The notes under the pieces were generated by a model, which made no database searches, had not been told where the DNA came from, and worked only from the letters and a program-made list of their open reading frames with translations. The position numbers were made by a program, and so were the translations under genes. DNA of 64,000 nt from Amoebophrya sp. A120 (taxonomy: Eukaryota; Protista; Dinoflagellata): positions 1,725,904 to 1,789,903 of the forward strand of contig CAJINV010000001.1 in the NCBI GenBank assembly GCA_905178155.1, written 5' to 3'. Position 1 is the first letter of the stretch, and each line of letters begins with the position of its first letter. Positions 1 to 12,526 of this stretch are shown here, in pieces.

Positions 1-239
1 CTCCCTTTCGTTAGATTTTGGCCAAGTTTTGGTCAGAATCTTATCGGGATTTAGATTCTCAATCCTTTGGTCTCTCCTTTTTGGTCAAGTTGCTGCGAGT
101 CTATAGCTCTTTAAAAGTAGAAGTAGTAAGATACCGTACAAAAAGTGGAGAATTCGCAAATTTGTCATGCATAAGCGGTGCACGTGCACGAAATCAAGCT
201 ACTCAAGTTTGATTTGAGAATGAAAGACAAGGTGCAATC

Positions 240-1589
240 TCATACGCTCCTTCCATAAATCGTCACACCGGACTCACCTAGAGTAGTCGTACTGGTAGTA
301 GTAGTACCCTCCAGAAACTCCAATATCATGGCATGCGGTCCTGCTAATGGTCCTTCATGGTTTCGCCAGTCCCGGTCTTTCGTCGTGGCTTTCAATGCGG
401 CTTGTCTCGCTACGAACTTATTGACTCTTTCTTCGCGTCTTCTTCGGTCCAGAACACGCTCAACATGGTGGTCAAAAGCACGAAACAAGGAGCCACAAGC
501 ACAGCAAAAAGAAAAAAGAGCCAGTGCTGTCAGAACCACGACCAGGCCAATGTCAGCAGCTAGACCAAATCGCCGCACTTCCAAAAAGGATGCAGGGATT
601 TCACCACGAGAAGCCCCGTAGCCACCCGACACATTTTGGACAGCGACAAGCTCCGTGAACGACCATGGACTTCTCGAGCTGCCAGCTGCCACGCGCGTGC
701 CGGACTCGGCGACGACATGGCCGAAATTTTTCGCGTACGTACTTCCCAGGTGATGCATCATCGTAGCGGTCACAGGAAACCCAGCCTGCAGCCCGCTTCT
801 CGGCATGCTTTGCAGAAACGCTGCGAGCGTGCCTCCGCGTCCGCTGAGCCCGCCCGTAGATGTGGAGAGAACGCCATCAGCCAATCGCGTCGTTGCGTTT
901 ATAATGGTCGCTATGTCCAGGCCCGCATCTGTGTACCCGGGTGACCCCCGGGTCATGCTTGCGTATCGAATGCAGATGTGTCTGGGACTGGAAGGCTGTA
1001 GTATACTATTAACCTGTCTACAGGGGGAACAGGAAGCACCTCCAAGGATGACGAGTTTGCCTTTGCGCTACGTCTCGCGGAACGTGCATGAAAAAGAAAA
1101 TAAAGCCGCGACATGATGACAAGCCGTGGTGAGATAGAGATATCAGGCGGGGCGCTGCATCATATTAACACGCTAATGAACCCCGCGCATGACAAGTCTA
1201 TACAATCTTCCACACCCCGACAACTTTGCATTTAATACAGCCAGCGAGTAACTCAAGGCCGAATCGTCGCTGAGGTCCATTTTCAACATTTGTCTCGCGT
1301 CATATGAGATTCCACAGCCACCCCTACCCATCGTTTCTCCTCGTCGCAAATGCAATGCAAACAAAGAAGTCACGACCAGCGAAAGCCACGCTACTGCTTT
1401 TCGGGAGCGTCCCCACAGGACAAATTCAAATTCTGGAACTAGATCAACTTCACTTTCAACTAGAATACGGGTGCAGATTTGTCGGCCACATTTTTGCAGC
1501 TCCTTGCGTTGCTGCTCATGCTTTTTCACATGGGGAAGTCGGCAAGGGAGGAATGACATCTCATAGATCAAAACTGTTCGCGATTGCAT
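240..1589 (-). CDS. Hypothetical membrane protein (C-terminal TM helix), interrupted by element 964-1237; start uncertain
   Basis: ORFs 1173..1589 and 240..956 are in the same frame and join (SYSLA-x-MTRGSP) when element+5 nt is removed; hydrophobic segment IGLVVVLTALALFSFCC. Confidence 0.45.
964..1237. mobile_element. Introner-like TIR element, family A (degenerate)
   Basis: TATCGAATGCAGATGTGTCTGGGACTGGAA...TTCCACACCCCGACAACTTTGCATTTAATA; flanks ttgcg/cagcc (diverged). Confidence 0.7.
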
Positions 1590-2403
1590 CCATCTCGAAA
1601 GACAGGGGCGCCATCTGCTGTGACATGGGAAACAGGACTGCAGTGCGCTGAAAAGGGTGCAGGACCAGCGTTTTCCGCCTAAAATCTTCGTCGCGCGCGA
1701 CTGGCCACGAGTACCGGTGTAAGGCGTCGGCGTACAAAAGCGCCTCGTCGCGAACTCGCAGAGCCAGGCTCGCGCTGTTCGAAGATCCCGTCAGGAACGC
1801 GTTAAGTGCGACATAATACGCGTCGATGACGCCCCCGGCGCCCGCCGCTGCTGTTGCTGGAAGTGGAGTGAGTGCAAGCCGCTTCGGATTTTCTTCCTTT
1901 TGCGGCCGCAGTAGCATGGTGCCGGACGGTTCCTGTATCGGCTCGCCGTTCTTCATGGATCTCGGTGAGAAGACCCGAATGGCCTTGGCAGACTGCCCGG
2001 AAAACACGTAGATTTGCGCCGCTTCGATGCCTTTTCGAGTCGTTTCAAGCTCCACTCCCATGCCGTCCCGCTCGTATAACTCATCGCCGCCCGCCTCCCC
2101 GAAAACCACCGGGCTGTAAGTAGCGAAACCAATTCGGACCCTTTATGGCATTCTCAAAAGTTACAACATTCTCAGCTGGTGCATGAATTTGTGATGCAAG
2201 ACTGGCAAAAGTGAAAGGGGGAAGAGTGCGCCGCTTGCATTACAGGTTCGGCGCAGACGAGTCTCGGCGCGTTTGGCCCTCCGAGAATTTGCCATGCGAA
2301 GCAGCTTCTTGACGGTGTCGATTCTGACGGTCGGTTTGCATGGCGTATCATGTACCAGTTGAAAACGTGACGCTTGAGAACGCCATATTCTTTTACTCTT
2401 CAT
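1561..2403 (-). CDS. Hypothetical protein interrupted by element 2144-2387; may extend upstream
   Basis: Removing element+5 nt gives MKSKRVRIGFATYSPVVFGEAGG in frame with ORF 1561..2109. Confidence 0.45.
2144..2387. mobile_element. Introner-like TIR element, family D
   Basis: TATGGCATTCTCAA...TTGAGAACGCCATA; homologous to 32714 and 50058; flanks ccctt/ttctt. Confidence 0.85.
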
Positions 2404-2678
2404 CTCCCTGACGGTTCTTGCGCGAAATACCGCCCCCGGGAAGCACGTCAGTCGTCTGGTCTTGTCGCGTTTCGGTCTGCAGGGGAAGGCTTGTAGCGGA
2501 GTAAATATCTCTCCTGTATCACGAGGAATAAAGATCCTCGCCCGTAATACTCAAACAGGAAACGCAACACGCGTTTGCGAATTTATTTTGGCAACAAATC
2601 AGCTGTGTCTTGCGCGAAGGCGATGCGGCGTTCTACTTTCCGTCCACTATACTGGTCATCGGTCATGTGCATGTCATT

Positions 2679-2831
2679 TATGAATTGCAGAAGTATCGCA
2701 CTCGTATAAATGCATTACACATTGTTCCCTCAGCATGAGAAATAGAATTTGTAATGGGGATTTACGCGCAAGAAAAGGATTTGTAATGCAAGACTTGCAT
2801 CTATACGAATGCGATACTTTTGCACAGGATA
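2679..2831. mobile_element. Introner-like TIR element, family B
   Basis: TATGAATTGCAGAAGTATCGCA...TGCGATACTTTTGCACAGGATA; perfect 5-bp duplication TCATT. Confidence 0.9.
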
Positions 2832-5010
2832 TCATTCTGGGCATGGCAATGACAGTCCTACGTACTTCCATGCCATGTTGTTGATGAACGCATCACTCGC
2901 GAGGCTGCTCGGTGCTACCAAGACCTCCGACGCTCTGCCTCCCCTGTGTGGTGGCATGCAGTAGACAGAATTTATATTTATTAACTTACACAATCACAAA
3001 CACAAAAAATCCCGCATCACAACTTGCCGTCTACTGTTTGAGTATGGGATGGGAGGGCTTTTCACTTTGGTAGCCGACGTGTGGGATTTCGTGTAGATAT
3101 TTACCCGGGAGGTTCACAGTAAGCCCTTTGGTTGTCCTGACGGTCGCGATGACGCCTTTGATGCCGGACGTCGACCGGAGGCTTTGCACGTTCAGCACAC
3201 TTGCGAATGTGCCGTTGATGAGCGTCGAGTGCATGGTGGTCACCCCGGGCGGATAGATTATCTAAACCCGGTGCGAGTCGAAGGTCTTCCGCATGTCCTG
3301 GCTCTCGAAGCTGTACTTCAGTGGGTATGAGAGTACACAACTCGTCTCGCCCCTCACTCTCTTTTGCAGCGTCACCAGTACCTGCAGAATAAAAAGGGGG
3401 GGCAGCACACAGCAGGGCCAGCAATTGTTAAATGACGAAGACAATTGATAACATGGACGATAGCGCGTACACGTGCTGTTTGGGCTCTTCGCAACAAGTT
3501 GTCCTGCACACCTTTCCATCAATCTATCTCTCAGCATCAACATGCATACACATACTTCCTTCTGTGGCATTTCGCATGACAAACGAATGCTAATGTATGG
3601 GGACGAGGGGGAAGTTGTGCGCTCTCATAATGCTGGATTATGGGAGAAATCCACCAGCATCCCCAGGCCCTTGTCCTCCGCACCCCCGTTTGCGCGGGAA
3701 AAAACTTCCGCAATCGTGTCTCGTGATGTCGCAGCCGCAGGTGGGGGATCCTTGACGGCCGCAAACAGTCTCCGAAAAAATTTTGGAACAGAGACCAGCA
3801 TCCACTTCGCCATTTTGGCTTTATACCACATTCCGAGCTTTTGTTCCTTCGCTCGCGCCGCAGGCTGGCCCTGTCGCCGGCCGGGGCCGTGTTGCTGACT
3901 TGTGCTCGGTCCCCGGTTATTCCCCGTGGCAACCTGGCGCGTGCGCTTGAGCTTGTGGACCCCGGTGGAGTACCCATACCCGCTCAAGAAAGCCTCCGGC
4001 ACTGCGCTGCTTGTGGAAATGGTAGCATCGTCGTCCGGCTGCTCATTGTCCTCCTGCTCAGGAGTGGATTGCCCCTTGTCATCCACATAGTAACCCTCCA
4101 TTACCTGGTGCGGGTCGAGGCAGTCGCACAAGTGACCAGCTAGCAAAAGAAGTAGTAGTGGCCAGAACCACCGGACGAAGACAACAAGTCCGCTTGCTTG
4201 CAGCAGAGTCTTCGACACGTAGGATTGGTTTTTGGTGTTGTTGCGGATCAAGCTCGTGCAGGAAGCGTAGTTGCTCGCGGGTCTTTTCGCCAAGGGGGGG
4301 ATTGGGTACCGATGCTGGTGCTGGAAAAACTGTTTTAATATACATTCACCATTTCATCTCTACTACTTAGTAGAGTCTACTACATAAAGAAACATACGTA
4401 TCACGAATACGGCCTCAGCGTATATAAATTCTAGAATCTGCTGCACCTCCTACAGAATGATGATCTTCTTCGTGTACTACAAAAACACTCCCGAGCACGA
4501 CAGACAAGCAACAACAAAAAGCTACCTCCTCCACAACCGGTCTGATTTGGCATTTTCCGCAGCGATATAGTATGCGTCACGGGCTCGGGCGGGAGCTCGT
4601 CCGCCACAACGGCCACCGCGCATCTTTCCAAGTACCACCCCGCGCCGCTGCTACCGGCGTTCTTGCTTGTCGTCCCCGCCGCGCCAGCTGTCCTGCTCCT
4701 GCTCGCCTTCGCTAGGGCTCCTCTCCGGGCTCTTGAGGAAGGGGAAAAAGAGCACGAGAACAAACTGTTTTTCGACGTTTTGCTGCCGGTTGAAGACGAA
4801 GACCCTGCTCGTGCTTCGTTATCCAGGAAAAAACACCCATCCCCATCCATTTTTTGCATGACAAATAGTGGATTTTATGCATGTTTTGCATGACAAATTG
4901 GATGTGGATGGGTGTTTTTTCCTGGATATTCGTCGTCGGTTTCCTCCACTTCGAAGATCTTGATTCTCAACCGATCCTCTGGACGACACCGGAATTGTTC
5001 GTAGCGACCT
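2832..5010 (-). CDS. Hypothetical multi-exon protein with hydrophobic segment; exon structure approximate
   Basis: ORF pieces 4431..4859, 3625..4293, 3262..3320 and 3031..3243 can be linked through elements 4820 and 3326, a 24-nt mini-insert and GT-AG introns; GC3-rich codons. Confidence 0.4.
3326..3629. mobile_element. Introner-like TIR element, family I
   Basis: TATGAGAGTACACAACTC...GAAGTTGTGCGCTCTCATA; ends resemble 8906-9125; flanks diverged (gtggg/atgct). Confidence 0.75.
4820..4928. mobile_element. Introner-like TIR element, family C
   Basis: TATCCAGGAAAAAACACCCATCC...GGATGGGTGTTTTTTCCTGGATA; duplication TTCGT. Confidence 0.92.
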
Positions 5011-5189
5011 TTCACATCATTTTATTTCTAGACGACCTACTACATTTATCTAGATAACGGGGGCACGAGCACGATAAACATCCGAAAGAAAAATCCGTGT
5101 TGTAACACAAGAACATTAAACTTTTTCATCCCAGCGCTCTTTCCATTGGGCCCCTTCTGGTTCTGATGGAAGTAGTAACATAAACATAG

Positions 5190-5687
5190 TTACAAAACAT
5201 ATGATAAATCATGCATACCTGCTGTCGCAGAGCTCGCCGCAGTATTTTCTATCCCCACCGGTGCGTCGTAGTGTCCACTGGTCCGACGGATCAAGTTCGT
5301 GCAGGAAGCGTTGCGCGCGGGCCTTTTCGCCAAGGGGGAGGGTGTCGATGCTGGGACACTTCCGCGACGACCGGCTCGATGCGTCATTCTCTGCAGCGAA
5401 ATAGTACTGCGTGGCATGGGGAGCTCCTCCTCCACCACAGCCACCGTGCACCTTTTCGAGTAGCGCTCCGCGCTGCTACCGGCATTTATTCTGCTTGTCC
5501 CCGCCGCACCCCCGGCTGTTATGTTCGCATTCGCTAGGGCTCCGCTCCAGGTTCTTGTTGAGGAAGCGGAAGGGGAGAAACAGCACGAAAGCAAACTGTT
5601 TTTCACCGCTTCGCCGCCACTTACACTTGGGCGTCGTTTTCTCGGAGAGGACGGGGCACTGGGCTTCGTCCCAATTTTCAGCACCAC
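5190..5687 (-). CDS. Tandem partial paralog of the neighbouring gene (possibly a pseudogene)
   Basis: KNSLLSCCFSPS...RCTVAVV...TISL and PLAKRPARNASCTNLIR match segments at 4550-4790 and 4240-4300. Confidence 0.35.
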   Translation of the reverse strand: MVLKIGTKPSAPSSPRKRRPSVSGGEAVKNSLLSCCFSPSASSTRTWSGALANANITAGGAAGTSRINAGSSAERYSKRCTVAVVEEELPMPRSTISLQRMTHRAGRRGSVPASTPSPLAKRPARNASCTNLIRRTSGHYDAPVGIENTAASSATAGMHDLSYVL

Positions 5688-5861
5688 GGGGCCGTCGTGG
5701 TCCTTTAGGATTTATTTCAATTATTTCTCTTTCAACCCACAACATCTACATGATCAAGGAAAATGAAGAACAACACGGCAGTGCCTCTTCGCGAAAATCA
5801 GCAACCTTGTTGACAAAAAAACGGATAACGATTATGAAATATTAAACGGAAACGGAATCTT

Positions 5862-5883
5862 CACACACACACACACACACACA
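5862..5883. repeat. (CA)11 microsatellite
   Basis: Direct reading of the sequence. Confidence 0.85.
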
Positions 5884-6865
5884 AATAAAATACGGATAGA
5901 AATACTTATACCGGCTCATGATCTTGTTCTTGGCCGCGTAGCTGCATTTTGCGCTGGCTACCGCTCTGCAGGTGCGTCCTCTACGCGGCAGCCATAGCTG
6001 CTTTCACTACAACTGCCGAAGGGCCAACAGGAGGAGCGACAGTGTCAGTGTGCTGCCGACGCAGTCGCAGGTATAATTCTTGCCTTGCGTGATTTGACGA
6101 AGGACTTGACGAGGTTGAAATGACGGCTTGATTTTGTTCCGGGACGAGACGTCGACCAAACTAAAGCACGGGGGAACCACTCCAGGCTGTCGTGTTTGCG
6201 GTGTCGACGGACGGTCGACTAATGAACTAGAACACAATTATGGGCTAGCTCATGGCGGTGAAATAAGAATCAAACTCAGCATCTCATCTACTAAAAGCGA
6301 AACTTGGCGATGGCACGCAATAATACATGAAGTTAGATACAGATCGTCATCGTGGATGGATTTGAGATAAAGAGCGATTTGATTCTCGCTCGCAGACAGC
6401 AAAGAAACAACGAGAACCGAGATCGATCGATCCAACCGAGGAGAGGAAGAGCACTCATGTCATCTGTCACGGCAAACAAAATGAGAATGATAGCGCTTGT
6501 TCTGCCCCTGCCATCTCACCAATAGTCATGCTCGCCCTGCTCGTCGCACCCCGTCCAACACAGAAAACTTTTACCACTCGTCGGACTCCTCTACTCTTGC
6601 ATGTATTGGGTTACTATTTCAGAATCAAAAGAGTTACGTCAGTGAGTACTCACAGCGAGAAATATATCTCTCACAAGTACGTCGAAGGCGGAACAAACTG
6701 AAAGAACATAAGAAAAGATACCAAAAGATTTTCTTCGATCGCTCAGCTGCGACTTCCCTTCGCGTTTCCTTGCGCAAAAACGTGTGAACTGACGAAGTAG
6801 TACTAGTAGATCAAGAACTCATGACGAATTGCTGGACATCGTCCATCCATCCGACTAAAAATCCA

Positions 6866-9800
6866 TCAAAAGTCAATGTCTTCCGATTCAAAATCAATTT
6901 GCGGTGGCAAAAGTACCTCGTTCGTGGGGTCGACCTTTTGCAACAAGCGCCGCAGTGCGTGGGCGATCAGATCGGGTGGGGCTCCTGATCCGGCTTGCTC
7001 CGTCGCAGCTTGTTGACCGGTTATCTGGTCCGGTTGATCACCACGTGACGCTTGTCCACCGCTCGGCTTTCCCCACTGCTGGAACCTTTGATCGCGTTCC
7101 AGGTCTAGCCAGACACGTCTCGGTGCCACGACATGAATGCAAATGACGGTCGTGGCAGTTTCAACACTACTCCGGTTTATTTCGATGTCAGAAGCCTTTG
7201 ATATTTCTAGGCTTGCTGTGCCTACCTCCGGATTATGCGCACCGCCACCTGCATCCTCGTTTTCACGAGCAAGCTCCTCTTCACTAGGGCGGGACATCGC
7301 TCCCACATTTTGGGCTTGGGCTTGCTCCTCCTCCGTAAGCGATTCGGTTGTACTCGCGGACAGTGCTGGGGACTCTTGCTCCCTATTTTGTTCGAAGGCC
7401 TCTTCAGGATCAGGATCAGAATGATTATCCCAGCCAAGTTCCCTTCTCGCGACGGTGGAAAACGTTGACGGGGGCGATGGCCTTGATTTGCCTTCCTCGT
7501 CGACCAGCTCTCCGCAACCGTGGTAGTTGTCGATGAATTTCAGGAGTGGCAGAGCGCTCCGCAGACACTCCACTATCTGGAACTCGCGCAAAAGTGCGCC
7601 GAACGGAACCTCCAAGTCATTTTCTCGCCGGCCGTCGAGCTCGTGTCCTTGTCTTGTGCTCCCGGATGAAGAATCAGCTGCAGCAGGAGGAGCTGCTCCA
7701 GATAGTTTTTCTTCATCTTCTCTGGTACGAAAAAGCCTTTTTCCCAGAAGCTTCCTTACAAGGCGGGCATAAGTCGAGTGCTGCTGGTGAAATGAGTGTA
7801 GTTGTGCAGCTCCTGAAGGCGACGCTTTTGGTGGCACAGTTGTAGTACCAAAACTGACTGACGGTGACGCTGATGCTGTGCAGAGCTGCATCATAGCGGC
7901 CTCTATTTCAGGGGCGAACAGAAAGCGACAGAAATCTTCGCGAACTCGATCGGATTGGCGTGATGTTGGCCATTCTGTACCCCCTGTACCTTCTCTATTG
8001 GCCGCCGGCATGGGTGGATTTTGTTGGCAGTCGCCTGAAGATGTTGTTCCCTTGCTGGTGTAGGTCTTGTACCCCTGGGCTGAGGATAAGGAAGGCCCCC
8101 TCCTGCTGTCTACGAATACAACCGATCCGTCTTTCTTTGCATTTTCTTCCGTACAACAAGCCACGGCCACCGCGTTTTCCACAGGTGGCAAGGCTGGAGC
8201 AGGGGCCTTTTCCCGTCGTTGGTGTTCTTCCACTGAGGGAAACAACTCAGACAGCCAAGACTGCAGACAACGGAGCGTGAAGACCAAGCGCGCAAGCTCC
8301 TCCCGCTGGTCCTGGGTGAAGACAAACGCGCGGCGAATACGCACGTGCGGATTCCGCTCGTCCGTGTAGGATAGGTGAAGAATAAACTTTTTGTTTAAAG
8401 GAGGCTGCACGACCCTCTTCCTCCTGCACACCGTGGCTGTGATTTCTGTTGGTTCGTTGGTACTAGTTCTTTCGTCTTGGTGAGCAAGAGGAACTTGATG
8501 TTCTTGTTCCGAGCTTTGAAGATTACTCCTGGACGTCGTGGCCACGGCGGCGCTAACGCCCAAGAGCGCGTGTTCCACCGCTGCTGTACCATCAAAGATC
8601 TCGATCTCCTCGTCGTCCACAGTGTACCACAGTTGCGCCGGGCGGAAGAGCAGAGCGCCGTTGTCGTCGTCCACCGGTTATGAACTGCAAAAGTATCTAT
8701 ACGATTACGAGCACTCGTAGTGATTGCAGTAATGCATTACAAATCTTTTTCTTAAGGTATTCCACCGCATGACAAATTTCATTTCTCATGTTGCTGAGGA
8801 AATCTGTAATGCATTCATACGAGGAGTAGGATACTTTTGCAATGCATACCGGCCGCTCAGAGATGTGTGGATGGCTCGTTTGGTTTGTGACGTGCTGGAG
8901 GATAGTATGACAGTGCGCATCAACTCCCCCTCCCCCTCATTTGTATAGCATGAACGGCAATACAAGCATCAGCCAGAGTGCCGGTTTTGCATGACAAATT
9001 TGCAGTGGAGTGTAGTGCTATTTGGGCTACCAGAACTTGTCATGCATAATAGTGACAGGAGGGAAAGCGTGGATTTGGTACTTTACATGAGGAATGAGAA
9101 CGAGGGGGAGTTGTGCACTGTCATAGATAAGCACGTTGCGCCCGCCCGACGTCCTGGGCGCCGCGAGCAGGAGGCGCAGGGGCCCGCTGGCGAAATCCAC
9201 AAAATAGTTTCCCACATTTGTACTCGAGGAATACAGAGCGCGGATCGTGGGCTCGGGAAGTAGTGGGGAACAAATTGAAACGCCTGGAGGTGGCCGCGTT
9301 GCAGCCCCTTCAGCTCCTTCACATTGCGAAGGCGGCGAGTCCGTAGAAGAAGTTCCACAATTGATTCTACCTTCGTATCGCAAGGCGGTCAACCACAGAG
9401 GCATTTGCTCTGCTCCATCCAGAGTCCGGGCGAACCTGTTTGCGTGAGCGTGGTCGATCGCGTCTACTTCGCGCCGCTGTTTCGCTCCACGGTCCTCGTC
9501 GCGTTTTCCATCCCCGCTGGGATGAGGTTCATCGAGATCCACCACAACGGACGGTGGATCAGATTGGCGACAATGCGCAGCGGACGACGAAGATCGCTCC
9601 TGCGGTGCTTTAACAACACTGCTCTTTTCGATATTTCTTGCCTTGCTTCCATCTTCAGGGCCACCTATTCCGCGGATCCAATGCGAGCTGCTTCCTTGCG
9701 CACCACCCGGACCTCCAGGGCCCGGCCGCTTGGAGAAAAGTGGCGGATCTAGGTTTTCTACATCACTGAATTCATTCACGAGGTGCCTCACGAGATCCAC

Positions 9801-10178
9801 ATACAGGGCATGCCGGTCCACCTGCGTGGCGAACAACTGACGCAACCACGCAAGAGAATACGCTTCTTTACTAGTAGTGCTGTCAGCAAGCTCGTCGAGA
9901 GGACGCAGGTCCGACTGGTCGTGGTCGTGTTGCAGCTGCGGACCTATTTGCCTATCTCCTCGGTGACAACGCTTTTGTCCATCTCGTTCCAGGGGGAAGG
10001 GGAACTCGTCTGTCGTCACTAGGACATCGCCCCCCAGATTCCGGAACTCCACCCGGATGGGAACAGAGTGTGTCTGGGGTAGACCACCACCTGGGGGCAT
10101 TTTTGCTGGTGTGTGTGGCCTTTGGGTTTGGTAGTAAAAATGTGGTTGAACAACAAGAATACCGTGCCTGCGCAACAA
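6866..10178 (-). CDS. Large hypothetical protein interrupted by two elements
   Basis: ORF 9027..10178 joins a ~52-nt micro-exon and ORF 6866..8674 in frame (GRNVLI-LQHVTNQTSHPHISERP-VDDDNG) after removing each element+5 nt. Confidence 0.7.
8679..8848. mobile_element. Introner-like TIR element, family B
   Basis: TATGAACTGCAAAAGTATC...GATACTTTTGCAATGCATA; flanks ccggt/ccggc. Confidence 0.9.
8906..9125. mobile_element. Introner-like TIR element, family I
   Basis: TATGACAGTGCGCATCAACTCCCCCTC...GAGGGGGAGTTGTGCACTGTCATA; flanks gatag/gataa. Confidence 0.88.
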
Positions 10179-10299
10179 ACTTCTACAAGGGCAGGACTCG
10201 ATGCAGTGTTCTTATGCAATGAGCGAGACAACGAGGACTAGGACAACACAGATGTTGTGATCTCGCATATTGAAATAAAAAACGACGAACTCCGATCTT

Positions 10300-11190
10300 A
10301 TGCATGTGAGGCTGAGGACTTAGTGTAGTTTATGCGAGTAGTAAAGTAAAAGACTGCGAGTAGTGCACTAGTTCGAGCATTTGCATCCGGGTCCATGGTT
10401 CTTGATCTGATGCCCCCACACAGCACGATACCAATTTGCAGATTTTTGGAACACGAACCTGACGAACTCGACTTTTGAGTGGAACCAAGACCAACAGAAA
10501 CTATCCACAAAAAACAACCATCCCCACCCAATTTGTCATGCAAAACATGCATGAAGTCCTGTGTTTGTCATGCATAAAATGAATGGGGATGGTTGTTTTT
10601 TCCTGGATAGAAACTCGGCACAACGAAACGGTCCTTCTCCAAGACGGCTTGCAGTTTTGTATTCCGTGCGCTCCGCCACCGCCAGACTTTGGACTCTTTT
10701 CTTTTCGACGATTGATTGATTGCGCCCTGTCGTCTAGTACTGTTCGTTGAATTTCTTGGATAATACTCCAACAGCTTTCTTTGGTATTCTAGTAATATCT
10801 GGATCTGCCTATAATCACACGTCGACGTCGACGTCCATTTTTTTACTGTCCAGAGCCAGAAGTAGAGTTTTGCCCGATCTGCTCTGTCGCTGGCAATCCG
10901 TCCTTCTTGAGTTGCGTGAGCAACGTTTTGCACAAACCTTCCAGCTCCGCTTCCTGTTGCATTTGCGATGCTGTTGGCAGCCCCAGGGCCTTAGCCGCCG
11001 CGTCTTTCGAGGCAGTAGCTTCAGCGTGTTCCTGGTCCTGCTTGCTGGCAGCAGCAGGAGCTACTACGCTTGTGCTGGTTTTCGAAGAGGAGGCCGTTGT
11101 AGCAGTACTAGTGGCAGCTTGCTCCTTGTTATTTTTCCCTTTTTCATTTTCCTCTGCCAACTTTAGAAGCTGCTGCTGAAACGCGTCCAT
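10300..11190 (-). CDS. Hypothetical low-complexity protein; 3' frame and end unresolved
   Basis: MDAFQQQLLKLAEENE... ORF followed by a probable GT-AG intron and element 10502. Confidence 0.3.
10502..10609. mobile_element. Introner-like TIR element, family C
   Basis: TATCCACAAAAAACAACCATCCCCA...TGGGGATGGTTGTTTTTTCCTGGATA; duplication GAAAC. Confidence 0.92.
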
Positions 11191-12526
11191 CTTGCGAGCT
11201 AAGATAGGTGTTCTATTGCCCACTCAGCCCTCGTCCCTCTGTGTGAAATTGAAAATAGATCGATTGCCGTGCACTAAGATTTGATGAATTCTTTTCCTTG
11301 CTTTTTAACTTACTTTATCGAAGTCACTAAGCTAAAGTGAGAGAGAAATATCAACGTCAAGAATATGGCAATATAGTGCCAAAAAAGCCGCATGATGTAG
11401 ATTTCCCGGATCTTCGATTCGAACCTGCACCAAAATGACTGGAAGAAAAACCTATTTCTTGAAGAAAATCGTGAACTTCAGGCACAGAAGTAGGAGAACA
11501 AGAAACACGGCAGCACATCATCTATTGCCATAGTACAGACTCACTGCGTGCTCCGAGGATTGCATAGTTTGCACCTCGCGTCTGTAAAAACGAGACGGGC
11601 ACCAGCCGATACAGCCACATCAGATTTTGATAAAGATTCATTCTTGGAGGACATCAAGTAACTTGTACAACATCAAGCTGTCGAGTTTCAGTTTCTTCGA
11701 AGTCCGCAATAAATCAAATAGGGGACAACACATCAAGGAGCGCTGTGTTATTTCCTGAATCATCACCAATAAGCTCCACCATGTTCATTTTGTGACAAGC
11801 CATGTCCCATAGCTGTGCAAGTATGTTGACAATCAGTAGGGTCGTTGTCGTCCACGAGTCGCTAGGCTTACGGCTCGCACGGCTGTTTCTGTGAGCACCG
11901 GCGAGTACCATCATGCCGGGGTGGCAAGGGTAAGGGGAAAGTGTAGAATAGTCCTTGGTGCGGATTGGTGCGGCCGCACAAGAGCAAGCGCGGAGGGTGT
12001 CGTTGCTAGAATAATGTCGTCTGAAGGGTTATTCTTGCGAGGTGGTGGCAGAGGAACCAGCGTTAAGAATCCTGATAAATAATCTGAATGTTACATTTGT
12101 ATTTGTAAGCTGCTGGTGCTGGTACACGTACATACATCTAGTTCTCGCGCATTTGGGGTTTATGAAAAAATCAGCGACAACACAGGGGGTGTCCGATTCC
12201 TCCATCAAACCGACAGGGGTCGAGGATCAGGACATTTTCGGTACAGTTGTACATTCTGAAAAAAATGTTTGAACATGAACCATGACCACGTTGACACGCT
12301 ACCACTCCAACTGGCCACCCACACATTCCTTATGCGTGGTGATGGTGTTGGTGCGGTCGCTTGATTGATGTTTAATACGTCGAAAAGAATACTAAAAACT
12401 CCAACTCGTCGTTGTCTTTTGAAATGTAATCGAATTTAATTATCACTATCAGGTGGCGAAATATGATTAAACACCAGCAGAAGGTTCTTCTCCCGGGCGT
12501 AGTACTTGACTCTCTGACTGGCTCTA

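Noticed and set aside
130-200. Isolated TTTGTCATGC motif near the window start
   Set aside because: No paired termini or target duplication could be identified.
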